Shown here one piece after another: positions 22,008 to 35,190 of a stretch of DNA of 63,713 bases (position 1 is its first letter; every line of letters begins with the position of its first letter). Origin of the DNA: Gammaproteobacteria bacterium. Lineage in GTDB: Bacteria; Pseudomonadota; Gammaproteobacteria; Pseudomonadales; Balneatricaceae. The notes beneath the pieces were generated by a model. It had not been told where the DNA came from and did no database searches. It was given only the letters and a program-made list of their open reading frames with translations. The translations under genes and the position numbers were made by a program. The DNA lies in the NCBI GenBank assembly GCA_028598985.1, contig JAQRMV010000002.1:1-63713 (forward strand). Reading direction: 5' to 3'.

Positions 22008-22910
22008 CTAAGTTTCTTGCTCTAGGGTGTGCTTAAAGCGTCGATATTCCCATTGATATTGTTCTGGAGCGCTGGTCACCAGTTTTTCTACTGCAGTATT
22101 CATAGCTTGTACTTGGGCTGCCAATACAACACTATCATGTTGACCGGCTTGGACCACTTGGCATTGATCCGTAATGTCTTCCAATTCTATTTCAAAGCCT
22201 TGGCTAGAATCTAAACGCCTTGCGTAGCCTAAAATAATGCGCGTATTTTTGGTATTAGCAAGTTGGCTGGCTAAGGTCATAGTATAAGCTGGGTGATTAA
22301 ACCATTGGCTAATGATTCCGGCGGCGGGTGGTGGCTCTTGATCTGGTAAAATCAAATTCACCTCGCCCTTAAGTAAGGCTCTTTTTAACTGCATCACCCC
22401 TCTTGCGGTAGCTGGCGCAAGCTTCATTCCTGCATGACTTCTTGCATCATGTATCAGCTGATCTAGACCTGGCAATTTGGCAGGTTTATAGAGCGCAGTC
22501 ACCGTAGCTTGATGGGACGCCCAGTTAGCAAACAGCTCCCAATTGCCCAAATGAGGAGTGAGCAAAACCACCCCCCCAGTTTTGAGTGCCGACTCTAAGC
22601 ACTCGGCCCCTTGGACTGATTTTATACTCTCCAACCCCCTTTGGCTTGGCTGAGTCCAGTTGATCCCCATCTCTAATGTAGCGTACAAAGTGTGTGTTAA
22701 ACTTTGACGCGTCAATTTTTCCTGCTGCTGACGGGTTAAATGAGGCCAGCAACGCTGAATATTAAGGCGGGTTTGTTTAAAACTTTGGTTTGGTACCACC
22801 AACAACAGCCCTAACAGCAGCCTAGATATGCCATGTAACCAGACTAACGGCAACTTGCCCAAGAAACGTAATAAGCCAACGGCAAGAATAGATTTTAAGT
22901 TTTCAGGCAT
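22008..22910 (-). CDS. lpxL: Lipid A biosynthesis acyltransferase (LpxL/HtrB family)
   Basis: PHLGNWE, ILPDQ, PEQYQWEYRRFK. Confidence 0.82.
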   Translation of the reverse strand: MPENLKSILAVGLLRFLGKLPLVWLHGISRLLLGLLLVVPNQSFKQTRLNIQRCWPHLTRQQQEKLTRQSLTHTLYATLEMGINWTQPSQRGLESIKSVQGAECLESALKTGGVVLLTPHLGNWELFANWASHQATVTALYKPAKLPGLDQLIHDARSHAGMKLAPATARGVMQLKRALLKGEVNLILPDQEPPPAAGIISQWFNHPAYTMTLASQLANTKNTRIILGYARRLDSSQGFEIELEDITDQCQVVQAGQHDSVVLAAQVQAMNTAVEKLVTSAPEQYQWEYRRFKHTLEQET

Positions 22911-23118
22911 ATTTTAATCGTAAATTCGTTACACAAGCCTTAAGTTTGGCTTTATATCGCCATGATACCCCGTAAATGACCTATAAACGAGCCATTAGCA
23001 CGCTTTTAGATGCATGCCAGTTGCTTACTGCTAGTGTATAATGTGCGGCTTAAATCTTGCTCTTGACCCTATGTGATGGTGCAACTGGCAAACTTTTTTA
23101 CTTAATGTGTGGATTTAC

Positions 23119-24066
23119 GTGGATAAAACAACCGATACCAGCACTTTCCAGGGCCTTATTTTTGCCTTGCAACAATACTGGTCTGCCCAAGGCTGTAATA
23201 TTATGCAACCCCTCGATATGGAGGTGGGTGCTGGCACCTTTCATCCGGCTACTTTCCTTAAGGCGATTGGCCCTGAGAGCTGGCGCGCAGCCTATGTACA
23301 GCCAAGCCGCCGCCCTACGGATGGCCGCTACGGTGAAAATCCTAACCGTTTGCAACATTACTTTCAGTTTCAAGTGGTGATTAAGCCCTCGCCTGCTAAC
23401 TTTCAAGAATTGTATTTGGAGTGCCTAGATCATTTAGGCATAGATACTCAAGTACATGACGTACGCTTTGTTGAAGACAATTGGGAATCTCCTACTTTAG
23501 GGGCATGGGGTTTAGGCTGGGAAATTTGGCTCAACGGCATGGAAGTCTCTCAATTCACCTATTTTCAGCAAGCTGGCGGTATAGAGTGCTTCCCTGTAAT
23601 GGGGGAAATAACCATTGGTTTAGAGCGTATTGCTATGTACCTCCAAAATGTAGATAGCGTATACGACCTCGTATGGAGCCGTGCCGCTGATGGCACTACG
23701 GTGAGTTATGGTGATATTTTTCATCAGCAAGAAGTAGAGATGTCTACTTACAATTTTGAACACGCCCAGGTGGATACGCTATTTGGCAATTTTGATCACT
23801 ATGAGGCAGAATGCGCTCGCATGGTTGAGGCCAAGCTACCTTTGCCCGCTTATGAATTTGTACTTAAGGCCTCACACGTATTTAACTTGTTGGATGCGCG
23901 CCATGCCATATCTGTGACCGAAAGGCAGCGTTATATTTTGCGAGTACGCACCCTTGCACGCCAAGTTGCCTTGGAATATTACGCTGCGCGTAAGGCGTTG
24001 GGTTTCCCCCTAGCAAGCCAAGAATTAAAGGACGCGCTATTACAGGACGAGGTGCAAGACTCATGA
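23119..24066 (+). CDS. glyQ: Glycine--tRNA ligase alpha subunit
   Basis: [45 protein letters not shown]; start uncertain (23107-23119). Confidence 0.96.
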   Translation: MDKTTDTSTFQGLIFALQQYWSAQGCNIMQPLDMEVGAGTFHPATFLKAIGPESWRAAYVQPSRRPTDGRYGENPNRLQHYFQFQVVIKPSPANFQELYLECLDHLGIDTQVHDVRFVEDNWESPTLGAWGLGWEIWLNGMEVSQFTYFQQAGGIECFPVMGEITIGLERIAMYLQNVDSVYDLVWSRAADGTTVSYGDIFHQQEVEMSTYNFEHAQVDTLFGNFDHYEAECARMVEAKLPLPAYEFVLKASHVFNLLDARHAISVTERQRYILRVRTLARQVALEYYAARKALGFPLASQELKDALLQDEVQDS

Positions 24067-26114
24067 GCCATGCGGATTTCCTATTTGAATTAGGCACTGA
24101 AGAGTTGCCTCCTAAGTCATTGATATCTTTGTCTAAATCATTACAAACGAGCATTACCAGCCAGCTAAAAGATCTCGGTTTGGCCCATGGGCAAGTCACC
24201 CCTTATGCGACACCACGTCGCTTAACGGTCATTATTGAAGCCCTAGAGGTGCAACAAGCCGACCGCCAGGAAAGCCGACGAGGCCCTTCGGTTAAGGCGC
24301 CAGAAAAAGCTGTAGAAGGGTTTGCGCGCTCTTGCAAGGTAAGCCTTGAAGATCTTGTGATTGTGGATACCGACAAAGGCCAATATTACGAGTTTGAACG
24401 TCATATTACAGGCGCAAAAACCTTAGATTTATTAGCCGAAGTCATCGATAAGGCTTTAGCTAATTTGCCCATCGCTAAGCGTATGCGCTGGGGCGCTTCG
24501 CGCAATGAATTTGTGCGCCCCGTTCAATGGTTTATCCTCTCCTTAGGTGGTCAGCTTGTCGACACCCGGCTGTTTGATTTGAACAATGGTCATGCCAGCC
24601 GAGGGCACCGGTTCCACAGCAAAGGCGATATCATCATAGACTCACCACGAAGCTATGCCCAGCAACTAAGGTCTGATGGGTATGTGATTGCAAGTTTTGA
24701 CGAACGTAAATCCATCATTCGCCAACAAATAGCCGAGCAAGAAAAGGCTCTTAAGGCTACCGCCGTAGTTGATGAACAGTTGCTTGATGAGGTGGCCGGC
24801 TTAGTTGAATGGCCGGTCTGTTTAGCGGGCCGGTTTGATAAAAGTTTCTTGAAAGTACCCGCTCAGGCGCTAATTTCTTCCATGAAAGAACACCAAAAGT
24901 ACTTTCACTTTGTCGATGATAATGGTGATATTTTGCCAATGTTCCTCACCGTAAGTAACATTATCAGCAAAGATCCTAGCCGTATCATTTCTGGCAACGA
25001 ACGAGTGATTCGTCCACGCCTTGCAGATGCCGCATTTTTCTTTGAAACAGACAAAAAAACTCGCCTCGACAGTCGCAACGATGCCCTAAGCAAGGTTGTA
25101 TTCCAAGCTCAGCTGGGTAGCGTGTTGGACAAAACTCAGCGCGTGGCTCAACTCGCCAGCCACATTGCATCACTGATTAGTGCCGACAGCAGCTTGGCTG
25201 CACGTGCAGCCACCTTGTGTAAAGCCGATCTCAATACCAACATGGTATTAGAGTTTAGTGATCTACAAGGCCTTATGGGGCATGTTTACGCCCTTAATGA
25301 TGGCGAAGACCCAACCGTTGCTGCGACTTTAGAACAACACTATTGGCCTAAGTTCGCTGGAGATCGGCTGCCAGAGTCTTTAGTTGCGAGCTCTGTTGCC
25401 ATTGCTGACCGTATCGATACCCTTGTGGGGTTATTTGGCATAGGGCAACCGCCCACGGGCAGCAAAGACCCCTATGCCCTCCGCCGAGCCACGGTAGGTC
25501 TGTTACGCATTATTATTGAACAAGATCTAGAACTGGATCTAGCGGGCTTACTGGAAACGTCTTATGCTTTGCATTGTCAGTTGTCTGTGCCATTAGATGA
25601 GGTTAAGCCACAGTTATTGAGCTTTGTATTTGACCGTTTGCGAGCATATTATGATGACCAGAAAGTACCCGTTGATATTTATTTGGCGGTGATGGAAAAC
25701 AAATCTAACTCGCCGCTAGATTTCGACCGCCGCGTTCAAGCCGTAAGCGAGTTTATGAAACTTGAGTCAGCCCCAGCCCTTTCTGCAAGCAACAAACGTG
25801 TCGGTAATATCCTAAGCAAAAATGGTAAGGGTAATACAAAATTTCAGCCTGCTTTGCTGATAGAGGCGGCAGAAATTACTTTAGCAGATTCATTACTCAG
25901 GGTTAAAAATAGCAATCAGGCCGCTATGGGCCAAGGTAACTACCAAGGCGCACTACAAGAGCTAGCACAATTAGCAGGTCCGCTTGATCAGTTCTTCTCT
26001 GATATCATGGTGATGACCGATGACGAAGCCACTAAAAACAATCGCTTATCACTACTTGCTGAACTGCAGATTGAACTTGGCCATGTTGCCGACATTAGCT
26101 TATTGGCACATTAG
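24063..26114 (+). CDS. glyS: Glycine--tRNA ligase beta subunit
   Basis: [42 protein letters not shown]. Confidence 0.96.
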   Translation: MSHADFLFELGTEELPPKSLISLSKSLQTSITSQLKDLGLAHGQVTPYATPRRLTVIIEALEVQQADRQESRRGPSVKAPEKAVEGFARSCKVSLEDLVIVDTDKGQYYEFERHITGAKTLDLLAEVIDKALANLPIAKRMRWGASRNEFVRPVQWFILSLGGQLVDTRLFDLNNGHASRGHRFHSKGDIIIDSPRSYAQQLRSDGYVIASFDERKSIIRQQIAEQEKALKATAVVDEQLLDEVAGLVEWPVCLAGRFDKSFLKVPAQALISSMKEHQKYFHFVDDNGDILPMFLTVSNIISKDPSRIISGNERVIRPRLADAAFFFETDKKTRLDSRNDALSKVVFQAQLGSVLDKTQRVAQLASHIASLISADSSLAARAATLCKADLNTNMVLEFSDLQGLMGHVYALNDGEDPTVAATLEQHYWPKFAGDRLPESLVASSVAIADRIDTLVGLFGIGQPPTGSKDPYALRRATVGLLRIIIEQDLELDLAGLLETSYALHCQLSVPLDEVKPQLLSFVFDRLRAYYDDQKVPVDIYLAVMENKSNSPLDFDRRVQAVSEFMKLESAPALSASNKRVGNILSKNGKGNTKFQPALLIEAAEITLADSLLRVKNSNQAAMGQGNYQGALQELAQLAGPLDQFFSDIMVMTDDEATKNNRLSLLAELQIELGHVADISLLAH

Positions 26115-26130
26115 GCCTTTGTTGATTTAG

Positions 26131-26146
26131 TGTTTCACGTGAAACA
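26131..26146. promoter_or_regulatory. parS centromere-like site 1
   Basis: Perfect TGTTTCACGTGAAACA within a 26-bp perfect palindrome (26126-26151). Confidence 0.9.
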
Positions 26147-26187
26147 CTAAAGGCTTAGTGTCTATTTTTGGACGATTATTCACTCAC

Positions 26188-26215
26188 AAAAAAGCCTCCG
26201 TATGGAGGCTTTTTT
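26188..26215. terminator. Bidirectional intrinsic terminator between glyS and gyrB
   Basis: AAAAAAGCCTCC-GTAT-GGAGGCTTTTTT between convergent genes. Confidence 0.85.
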
Positions 26216-26241
26216 ATGGGCTAAGCTTCTAAGTGGTAAGC

Positions 26242-28662
<2,421 letters not shown>

Positions 28663-28714
28663 TTACTCCGAAATCATTTTCATAAATCATGGCGGCCAAA
28701 CCTAGATGTATAAT

Positions 28715-29803
28715 CTAGTGTTGACTCACTTGTCCGTGTTTCACGTGAAACATACTCACTTCTACTTCTTGTGGCCAACAATCTGTTAGCTCATCAGGGC
28801 CAACACTGGTGACGAACACTTGTGTGTCCAAATTCACCAATTGTTGGCATATCTCTTTCCTATGGGGCCAATCTAACTCTGCCGCCAAGTCGTCTACCAA
28901 AAATATACACTTTCGGCCTTTAGCCTCACTTAGTAACTTTCCCTGAGCAAGCTTAAGCGCCACAACAACCAGCTTTTGCTGGCCCCGAGATAACCGCTCA
29001 ACAGCATTAACCCCATGCAAAGTGAGCTTTATATCCGCCCTTTGTGGACCACGCTGGGTATACCCCAACTGCAAATCTCGCTCTAAGGTTTCTTCCAATA
29101 CGTCGGCATAATGACGATTAGCCGACCAGCCAGAGTAATATCCGAGCTTTAAATCTGGCAAATCCACCAAACCAGCCAATAGCTCGAAGAATACCGGCTC
29201 AAGGAGCTTCAAATAAGCCGCTCTAAGCGTATTCAACTGCTCCGCTACCTCAACCAAACCAGGGTCGAAACTAGCTCTTACAGTGGCATTCATTGTACCA
29301 CATTTCAGCGCGCTGTTACGTTGTTTTAGCAGCCTCTGGGCCTGTTTCCAAAGGCCAAAAAAACTAGCATTGTGATGATAAACTCCCCAGTCTAAATATT
29401 GCCTACGCACACTTGGCCCAGCCTCTATTAGCCCCGCAGTATTAGGGTCTATCAGCTGTATAGGCAAGAGGCTCGCAAGCTCGGCGATAGACGACAATTT
29501 TTCACCATTAAGGCGGATACTATGGTCTCCATCTAAGCGGCGATTCATGCCTAAAGAGACGGCAACACCTTGGGGATTTTGCACTTTTGCAAACAGCAAA
29601 CAATCGGTATGATTTTGTGCAACAACAGAGGCCAGCTTTAAGCTGCGAAAAGAACGACCTAATGCCAGCATGTGAATGGATTCCAAGATACTGGTTTTGC
29701 CACTGGCGTTGAGGCCATATAAAAGATTGATGCCTGAGCCGAATTGAATATCAAGCTGGCTCAAATTACGCAACCGCTGAATGCTTAGTTGCTGTATAGA
29801 CAT
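28715..29803 (-). CDS. recF: DNA replication/repair protein RecF
   Basis: GLNASGKTSILE, LSRGQQK, VDDLAAELD; synteny dnaA-dnaN-recF-gyrB. Confidence 0.94.
   Translation of the reverse strand: MSIQQLSIQRLRNLSQLDIQFGSGINLLYGLNASGKTSILESIHMLALGRSFRSLKLASVVAQNHTDCLLFAKVQNPQGVAVSLGMNRRLDGDHSIRLNGEKLSSIAELASLLPIQLIDPNTAGLIEAGPSVRRQYLDWGVYHHNASFFGLWKQAQRLLKQRNSALKCGTMNATVRASFDPGLVEVAEQLNTLRAAYLKLLEPVFFELLAGLVDLPDLKLGYYSGWSANRHYADVLEETLERDLQLGYTQRGPQRADIKLTLHGVNAVERLSRGQQKLVVVALKLAQGKLLSEAKGRKCIFLVDDLAAELDWPHRKEICQQLVNLDTQVFVTSVGPDELTDCWPQEVEVSMFHVKHGQVSQH
28737..28752. promoter_or_regulatory. parS site 2, inside the recF 3' end
   Basis: Perfect TGTTTCACGTGAAACA encoding part of RecF MFHVKH. Confidence 0.88.
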
Positions 29804-29816
29804 GGGCAATCAAGCC

Positions 29817-29848
29817 TGTGGATAACACCTAATAAAAGTTGTGTATAA
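29817..29848. promoter_or_regulatory. Pair of DnaA boxes in the dnaN-recF spacer
   Basis: TGTGGATAA (29817-29825) and TGTGTATAA (29840-29848). Confidence 0.6.
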
Positions 29849-29913
29849 ATAATCATCACAGGCCTATCCAATCACTGCTAAAAAGGTGTTTTCCAGCTTA
29901 ACAACCGGTTCAA

Positions 29914-31017
29914 TTACAAGCGCATCGGCATGATGACGTATTGAGCAGCACCGTTGCCACCATCTGCAAGCAACGCACTTGAATTAGAGTCACTCAGGGT
30001 GATCTTAACTTGGTCACTATGCAGCACGTTGAGCACGTCAAGAACGTAGCCCACATTAAATCCAATTTCGATTTGTGCACCTTGATAATCAACCATCAAA
30101 CTCTCTTCGGCTTCTTCTTGTTCTGGATTATTGGCGACAACTTGCAAGTTAGTATCGCTCACAGTCATTCGTACACCGCGGTATTTTTCATTAGAGAGAA
30201 TAGCGGCACGGCTCAGCACTCCGCGCATTGCCAAACGGTCAACAAGCACGATCTTGTCGCCATTACGTGGCAATACGCGCTCATAATCTGGAAACTTCCC
30301 ATCAACAAGCTTAGAGGTAAAAATGAATTCACTGGTAAATGCACGAATATGACTAGCGCCAATCACCAAACGAACAGTGGCGTCTTCCTCGTTCATCAAT
30401 CGAGCCAACTCCAATACTCCCTTGCGAGGCACGATGAGCTGCTGGGTGGCTTGATCTGGCAAACCAACCGGCATACAGCTGGTTGCCAAACGGTGTCCGT
30501 CTGTGGCCACGGTGCGCAACTGACTATCTTTAATCTCAAATAACATGCCGTTTAAATAATACCGCACGTCTTGTTGAGCCATAGCAAAACCGGTCTGGTC
30601 GACCAGCTGTTTAAGGGCCATTTGAGGCACTTCAAACTCGAAAGATTCGGGGCTATCTTCTACGTTTGGAAAATCGCTTGCAGGCAGTGTGGATAACTTA
30701 AACTTACTACGTGCGGAGCGCACCATAACATGCTCTTCTTTAAGCACCACCTCAATCATTGCATGGTCTGGCAATGACTTACAAATATCCATCAGCTTGC
30801 GAGCGGGAATAGTAATACTGCCATCTTCGCCAGCTTGATCCAAGCTCACTCGGCCAACCAGCTCTACTTCTAAGTCTGTGCCAGTAAGCGTCAGCTGATC
30901 ACCTTCAACCACGACCAATATATTGGCCAGCACAGGCAGCGTTTGGCGCCTTTCAACAACACCTGCAACTAAAACTAAGGGCTTTAAAAAGGCTTCTCGA
31001 GCGATGGTAAATTTCAT
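29914..31017 (-). CDS. dnaN: DNA polymerase III beta clamp
   Basis: TDLEVEL, QQDVRYYLNG, VATDGHRLA, GKFPDY, C-terminal IMPMRL. Confidence 0.97.
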   Translation of the reverse strand: MKFTIAREAFLKPLVLVAGVVERRQTLPVLANILVVVEGDQLTLTGTDLEVELVGRVSLDQAGEDGSITIPARKLMDICKSLPDHAMIEVVLKEEHVMVRSARSKFKLSTLPASDFPNVEDSPESFEFEVPQMALKQLVDQTGFAMAQQDVRYYLNGMLFEIKDSQLRTVATDGHRLATSCMPVGLPDQATQQLIVPRKGVLELARLMNEEDATVRLVIGASHIRAFTSEFIFTSKLVDGKFPDYERVLPRNGDKIVLVDRLAMRGVLSRAAILSNEKYRGVRMTVSDTNLQVVANNPEQEEAEESLMVDYQGAQIEIGFNVGYVLDVLNVLHSDQVKITLSDSNSSALLADGGNGAAQYVIMPMRL

Positions 31018-31058
31018 ACTGCAATCCTGTTAAGGGTTTGGCTCTGCAAACGATCTGT

Positions 31059-32504
31059 TTAGACCGTTAATGAGCGATATAAGTTATCATAATCATCGTG
31101 AATGTCACGATCAGCTTCACGTAATTCTTTAATCTTGCGGCAAGCATGCAATACCGTAGTGTGATCGCGACCACCAAAAGCATCGCCAATTTCTGGCAAA
31201 CTGTGATTAGTTAATTCTTTGGCTAGCGCCATGGCTAATTGTCGCGGCCGAGCTACGGATCTCGAGCGCCGCTTAGATAAGATATCAGCTATTTTTATTT
31301 TGTAATAGCTCGCCACCGTTTTTTGAATATTATCAATACCAACCTGGCGATCCTGCAATGCTAGCAAGTCTCTTAGGGACTCTTGTATAAACGGCGTAGA
31401 GATTGCCTCTCCTGTAAAGTGAGAATTAGCGACCACGCGTTTAAGGGCGCCCTCTAACTCACGAACGTTAGAACGAATTTTTTTAGCCAAGAAAAATGCG
31501 GCATCCTCTGGCAAAGCGATATTGGCTTCGGCGGCCTTTTTCATTAATATGGCGACACGAGTCTCTAGCTCTGGAGGCTCTACCGCAACAGTTAAGCCCC
31601 AACCAAAACGTGACTTTAAGCGATCCTCTAAGCCCACAATCTCTTTAGGGTAACGATCACAGGTTAAGATCATCTGCTGGCCACTTTCTAATAATGCATT
31701 AAAGGTGTGAAAAAATTCCTCCTGGGAGCGCTCTTTGCCTGCAAAGAATTGTATATCATCTATCAGCAGAGCATCAACTGAACGGTAAAAGCGCTTAAAT
31801 TCATTAATTGCATTTAATTGCAGCGCCTTAACCATGTCGGCAACAAAGCGCTCGGAATGCAAATAAACCACTTTGGCATTAGGGTTTCGCTCTATTAAGG
31901 CAGCGCCTACGGCATGCATTAGGTGGGTTTTACCTAAGCCCACCCCGCCGTATATAAATAAAGGGTTGTAAGAGCTGCCCGGATTTTCAGCCACTTGCTT
32001 GGCAGCGGCCAAAGCCAGCTGATTAGACTTACCTTGAACAAAGCTAGAAAATGTAAATGCACGGTTTAAATAGCTTTGATGGCGCACAGAGCCTTCAACC
32101 TGAACTACGCGCTCTGGGGCAGGCTCCACAATCGAACGGGGATTAGTAATAGTAGATTCTGTTGCAAAGCGACTAACCGACGAAGACTCCACGTCCATAG
32201 TAGGCGTAATAATGGGACTCACTGGTGCCGATGTGGGGTGCACAATGGATGAAGGCTTGCTTGCTGTGCCAACAAGGAGCTCCACATCCAGCGTGTCATC
32301 GGTTGCATACTCCGCAACCAACTGTCTAATTCTGGAAAAGTACTTATCTTTAACCCAGCCCTGCACAAACCGGTTGGGCGCCAATAGCTGAATTACACGG
32401 TCTGCCTCGTTCACCTTTAAAGGCCGAATCCAAGTGTTATATTGCTGGCTTGGCAACTCGTCTTGAAGACAGGCCAAACACTGTTGCCAAACTGCTTGTG
32501 ACAT
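31059..32504 (-). CDS. dnaA: Chromosomal replication initiator DnaA
   Basis: [45 protein letters not shown]. Confidence 0.98.
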   Translation of the reverse strand: MSQAVWQQCLACLQDELPSQQYNTWIRPLKVNEADRVIQLLAPNRFVQGWVKDKYFSRIRQLVAEYATDDTLDVELLVGTASKPSSIVHPTSAPVSPIITPTMDVESSSVSRFATESTITNPRSIVEPAPERVVQVEGSVRHQSYLNRAFTFSSFVQGKSNQLALAAAKQVAENPGSSYNPLFIYGGVGLGKTHLMHAVGAALIERNPNAKVVYLHSERFVADMVKALQLNAINEFKRFYRSVDALLIDDIQFFAGKERSQEEFFHTFNALLESGQQMILTCDRYPKEIVGLEDRLKSRFGWGLTVAVEPPELETRVAILMKKAAEANIALPEDAAFFLAKKIRSNVRELEGALKRVVANSHFTGEAISTPFIQESLRDLLALQDRQVGIDNIQKTVASYYKIKIADILSKRRSRSVARPRQLAMALAKELTNHSLPEIGDAFGGRDHTTVLHACRKIKELREADRDIHDDYDNLYRSLTV

Positions 32505-32602
32505 ATATTAACTAGTGCCAAATTACACCAAACTCCTGCAACAAAAAATAGGAACTTAGCTGATCATATAAAGAAGGCCATTTTATCACCAACTGCCTAA
32601 AG

Positions 32603-32611
32603 TTATCCACA
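32603..32611 (+). promoter_or_regulatory. DnaA box upstream of dnaA (autoregulation)
   Basis: Perfect TTATCCACA about 100 bp upstream of the dnaA start. Confidence 0.7.
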
Positions 32612-32710
32612 GAGGCCGCCTAATAAAGGAAGATAAGGTTGTTATTATCGACCTAAATAATAATATCCGGCTTTTTTAGCTGATTTAGTTAGCAAAACCC
32701 CTCATCCGAC

Positions 32711-32739
32711 TTGCTATTAGATACTGCCTCTCATATAAT
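32711..32739 (+). promoter_or_regulatory. Sigma70 promoter for rpmH-rnpA-yidC
   Basis: TTGCTA-17 nt-TATAAT. Confidence 0.6.
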
Positions 32740-32799
32740 TGCGCGCCTAGATTTTCAAAGCCAACCTTTTGGCCATTTACTAATTTTGCGAGACCGATC

Positions 32800-32934
32800 A
32801 TGAAAAGAACGTTTCAACCTAGCGTCCTAAAGCGCAAGCGCAGTCACGGTTTCCGTGCACGTATGTCAACACCTGGTGGCCGCGCCATCATCAATGCACG
32901 TCGTGCTAAAGGCCGTAAAAGCCTAAGCGCTTAA
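32800..32934 (+). CDS. rpmH: 50S ribosomal protein L34
   Basis: Manual translation [44 protein letters not shown] (44 aa, below the track cutoff). Confidence 0.97.
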   Translation: MKRTFQPSVLKRKRSHGFRARMSTPGGRAIINARRAKGRKSLSA

Positions 32935-32956
32935 GCGCCTGTTGCACGCATAGCGT

Positions 32957-33334
32957 ATGACTGAATTCGACTTTTCCCGGCAACGACGCCTGTTGAATGC
33001 TGGGGACTTTCGAAGGGTCTTTGATCAAGCTGAATTCAAAGTTTCGGATCAGCACCTACTGATTTTAGCCCGACCAAGCTTACACAACCACTCCCGTCTG
33101 GGCTTGGTGGTTGCCAAAAAAGGCATAAAACTCGCTGTTCACCGAAACCGTGTTAAGCGAGTTGTACGCGATAGTTTTAGAACCCTGTGCACACAAACCA
33201 ACGAATTCTCCCCTCCTTTAGACCTTGTTATATTGTCTCGAAAAGGTTTGGGCGAACTCGATAATGCCACCTTGCATCGCCTTATTAGCAAGCAATGGGC
33301 AAGATTACGTAAAAAAACCGCCCAAACTGGCTAG
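32957..33334 (+). CDS. rnpA: Ribonuclease P protein component
   Basis: RLGLVVAKK and AVHRNRVKR (RNR motif); follows rpmH. Confidence 0.94.
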   Translation: MTEFDFSRQRRLLNAGDFRRVFDQAEFKVSDQHLLILARPSLHNHSRLGLVVAKKGIKLAVHRNRVKRVVRDSFRTLCTQTNEFSPPLDLVILSRKGLGELDNATLHRLISKQWARLRKKTAQTG

Positions 33335-33428
33335 ATTTTGTGCAGTTCCGCGGCCTGCCCATTGCCAACAGAACCACAAGCTCTATAATCAAACTCCTTA
33401 TCACTACAACTAACGACGATTTGTTTCT

Positions 33429-35090
33429 ATGGATTTTCAACGCATTATTTTGATTGCCGGTGTCGCCATCATTTCTTACTTAATGGTACTGCAATGGAAC
33501 CAAGACTACGGTACCGACGCCCTCGCGCCACAACAAGTCACCAGTGTGTCTGCTTATGATACGGAAGCCGTCAACACGGATTTTGCCGTAGTCACGCAGC
33601 CCAGTAACAACGCTGAAATCGCTGTAACACAAACCAACAACGCCAGTGCTGGAGCCCTTATTGAGGTGAATACCGATACTTTGCAGGTGGTTATCGACAC
33701 CCAAGGTGGCGACATCATCCAGGCCTCATTATCTGGCTACCTTGCAGAAATGGATCACCCCGATGTGCCATTTACTTTGCTTGAGCAAAATCAACACCGC
33801 ACCTATGTGGCTCAAAGCGGCCTCATTGGTATCAACGGCACGGATATAAAGTCTCGGCCCATCTTTAGGTCAGCACAGTCTAGCTACGACTTATTAGACG
33901 GCCAAAACGATTTAGAAGTGGTGCTTAGTTTAACGGACACCAATGGTGCTGTGATCAACAAGATCTACACCTTTTCCCGTGGCAGCCACTTAATTAACTT
34001 AACCTACGCTGTGGATAACCGCGGAAACCAGCCTTGGTCTGCCAACTTATTTGGCCAAATAAAGCGTGACCGTTCTGCAGACCCTAGCGCCACAGGCGGC
34101 ATGGGAATGTCGGCATACTTGGGCCCAGCCTTTTCTTTCCCAGATGACAAATACTATCGTTATGATTTCGATGATATGGACGAAACCAACTTAAAGCGCA
34201 GCGCTCCTGGTGGCTGGGTTGGCATGTTACAACATTACTTTGTAACCGCATGGGTGCCTAACCCAGAGCAACAGCATAACTACAGTACACGCGTAAGCAA
34301 GAACAACTATATTGCTGGTTTTGTTAGCCCTGCGTTAGAGCTACAAGCTGGTCAATCTGGCTCTACTTCAGCCCAATTTTATGCCGGCCCTAAGATTCAA
34401 TCAGACCTGCAAGCCATTTCTGAAGATTTAGACTTGGTGGTTGACTACGGTTGGTTATGGTGGGTGTCGCAACCCTTATTCTGGTTGTTGAACACCATGT
34501 TTGGGTTTGTGGGTAACTGGGGTGTTGCCATCTTGCTAGTCACCTTATGTGTAAAAGCATTCTTCTTCTATCCGTCGGCTATTTCTTATCGCTCAATGGC
34601 TAAAATGCGTGCCCTAGCACCTGAAATTGCCAAGCTTAAAGAGAAGTTCGGTGACGATCGTGCCAAGATGTCCCAAGGCATGATGGAACTTTATAAGCGT
34701 GAAAAGGCTAACCCCTTAAGTGGTTGTTTCCCTATTATCATTCAAATGCCGGTGTTTATTGGTTTGTATTGGATGTTAATGGAAAGCGTTGAATTACGCC
34801 ATGCGCCTTTCTTCTTGTGGATTCAAGATCTATCGGTTCAAGATCCCTATTTTGTACTGCCGGTCATCATGGGGGCCACCATGTTTATTCAGCAAATGCT
34901 TAACCCTACACCTCCAGACCCAATGCAGGCCAAGATCATGAAGATGTTGCCTATTGTGTTTACTATCTTCTTCCTTTGGTTCCCTGCCGGTCTTGTATTG
35001 TACTGGGTATGCAACAACATTTTGTCGATCTCTCAGCAGTACGTGATCACCAAGCGAATTGAAAAATCCATGGCAGCGCGTAAACATTAA
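33429..35090 (+). CDS. yidC: Membrane protein insertase YidC
   Basis: VDYGWLWW, GNWGVAI, NPLSGCFP, QMPVFIGLYW, PAGLVLYW. Confidence 0.96.
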   Translation: MDFQRIILIAGVAIISYLMVLQWNQDYGTDALAPQQVTSVSAYDTEAVNTDFAVVTQPSNNAEIAVTQTNNASAGALIEVNTDTLQVVIDTQGGDIIQASLSGYLAEMDHPDVPFTLLEQNQHRTYVAQSGLIGINGTDIKSRPIFRSAQSSYDLLDGQNDLEVVLSLTDTNGAVINKIYTFSRGSHLINLTYAVDNRGNQPWSANLFGQIKRDRSADPSATGGMGMSAYLGPAFSFPDDKYYRYDFDDMDETNLKRSAPGGWVGMLQHYFVTAWVPNPEQQHNYSTRVSKNNYIAGFVSPALELQAGQSGSTSAQFYAGPKIQSDLQAISEDLDLVVDYGWLWWVSQPLFWLLNTMFGFVGNWGVAILLVTLCVKAFFFYPSAISYRSMAKMRALAPEIAKLKEKFGDDRAKMSQGMMELYKREKANPLSGCFPIIIQMPVFIGLYWMLMESVELRHAPFFLWIQDLSVQDPYFVLPVIMGATMFIQQMLNPTPPDPMQAKIMKMLPIVFTIFFLWFPAGLVLYWVCNNILSISQQYVITKRIEKSMAARKH

Positions 35091-35112
35091 CCTATCGCGC
35101 TAAACATGATAC

Positions 35113-35138
35113 AAAGGCCTCTTAATGAGGCCTTTTTT
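35113..35138 (+). terminator. Intrinsic terminator after yidC
   Basis: AAAGGCCTC-TTAAT-GAGGCCTTTTTT. Confidence 0.8.
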
Positions 35139-35190
35139 GTAATTAGTACCGCAACCACGGAGCCCAAGGTTGCTTCGGAGCCATATCACC

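Noticed and set aside
32505-32799. dnaA-rpmH spacer as the main oriC
   Set aside because: Only one perfect DnaA box and no clear DUE; the region upstream of mnmG fits much better
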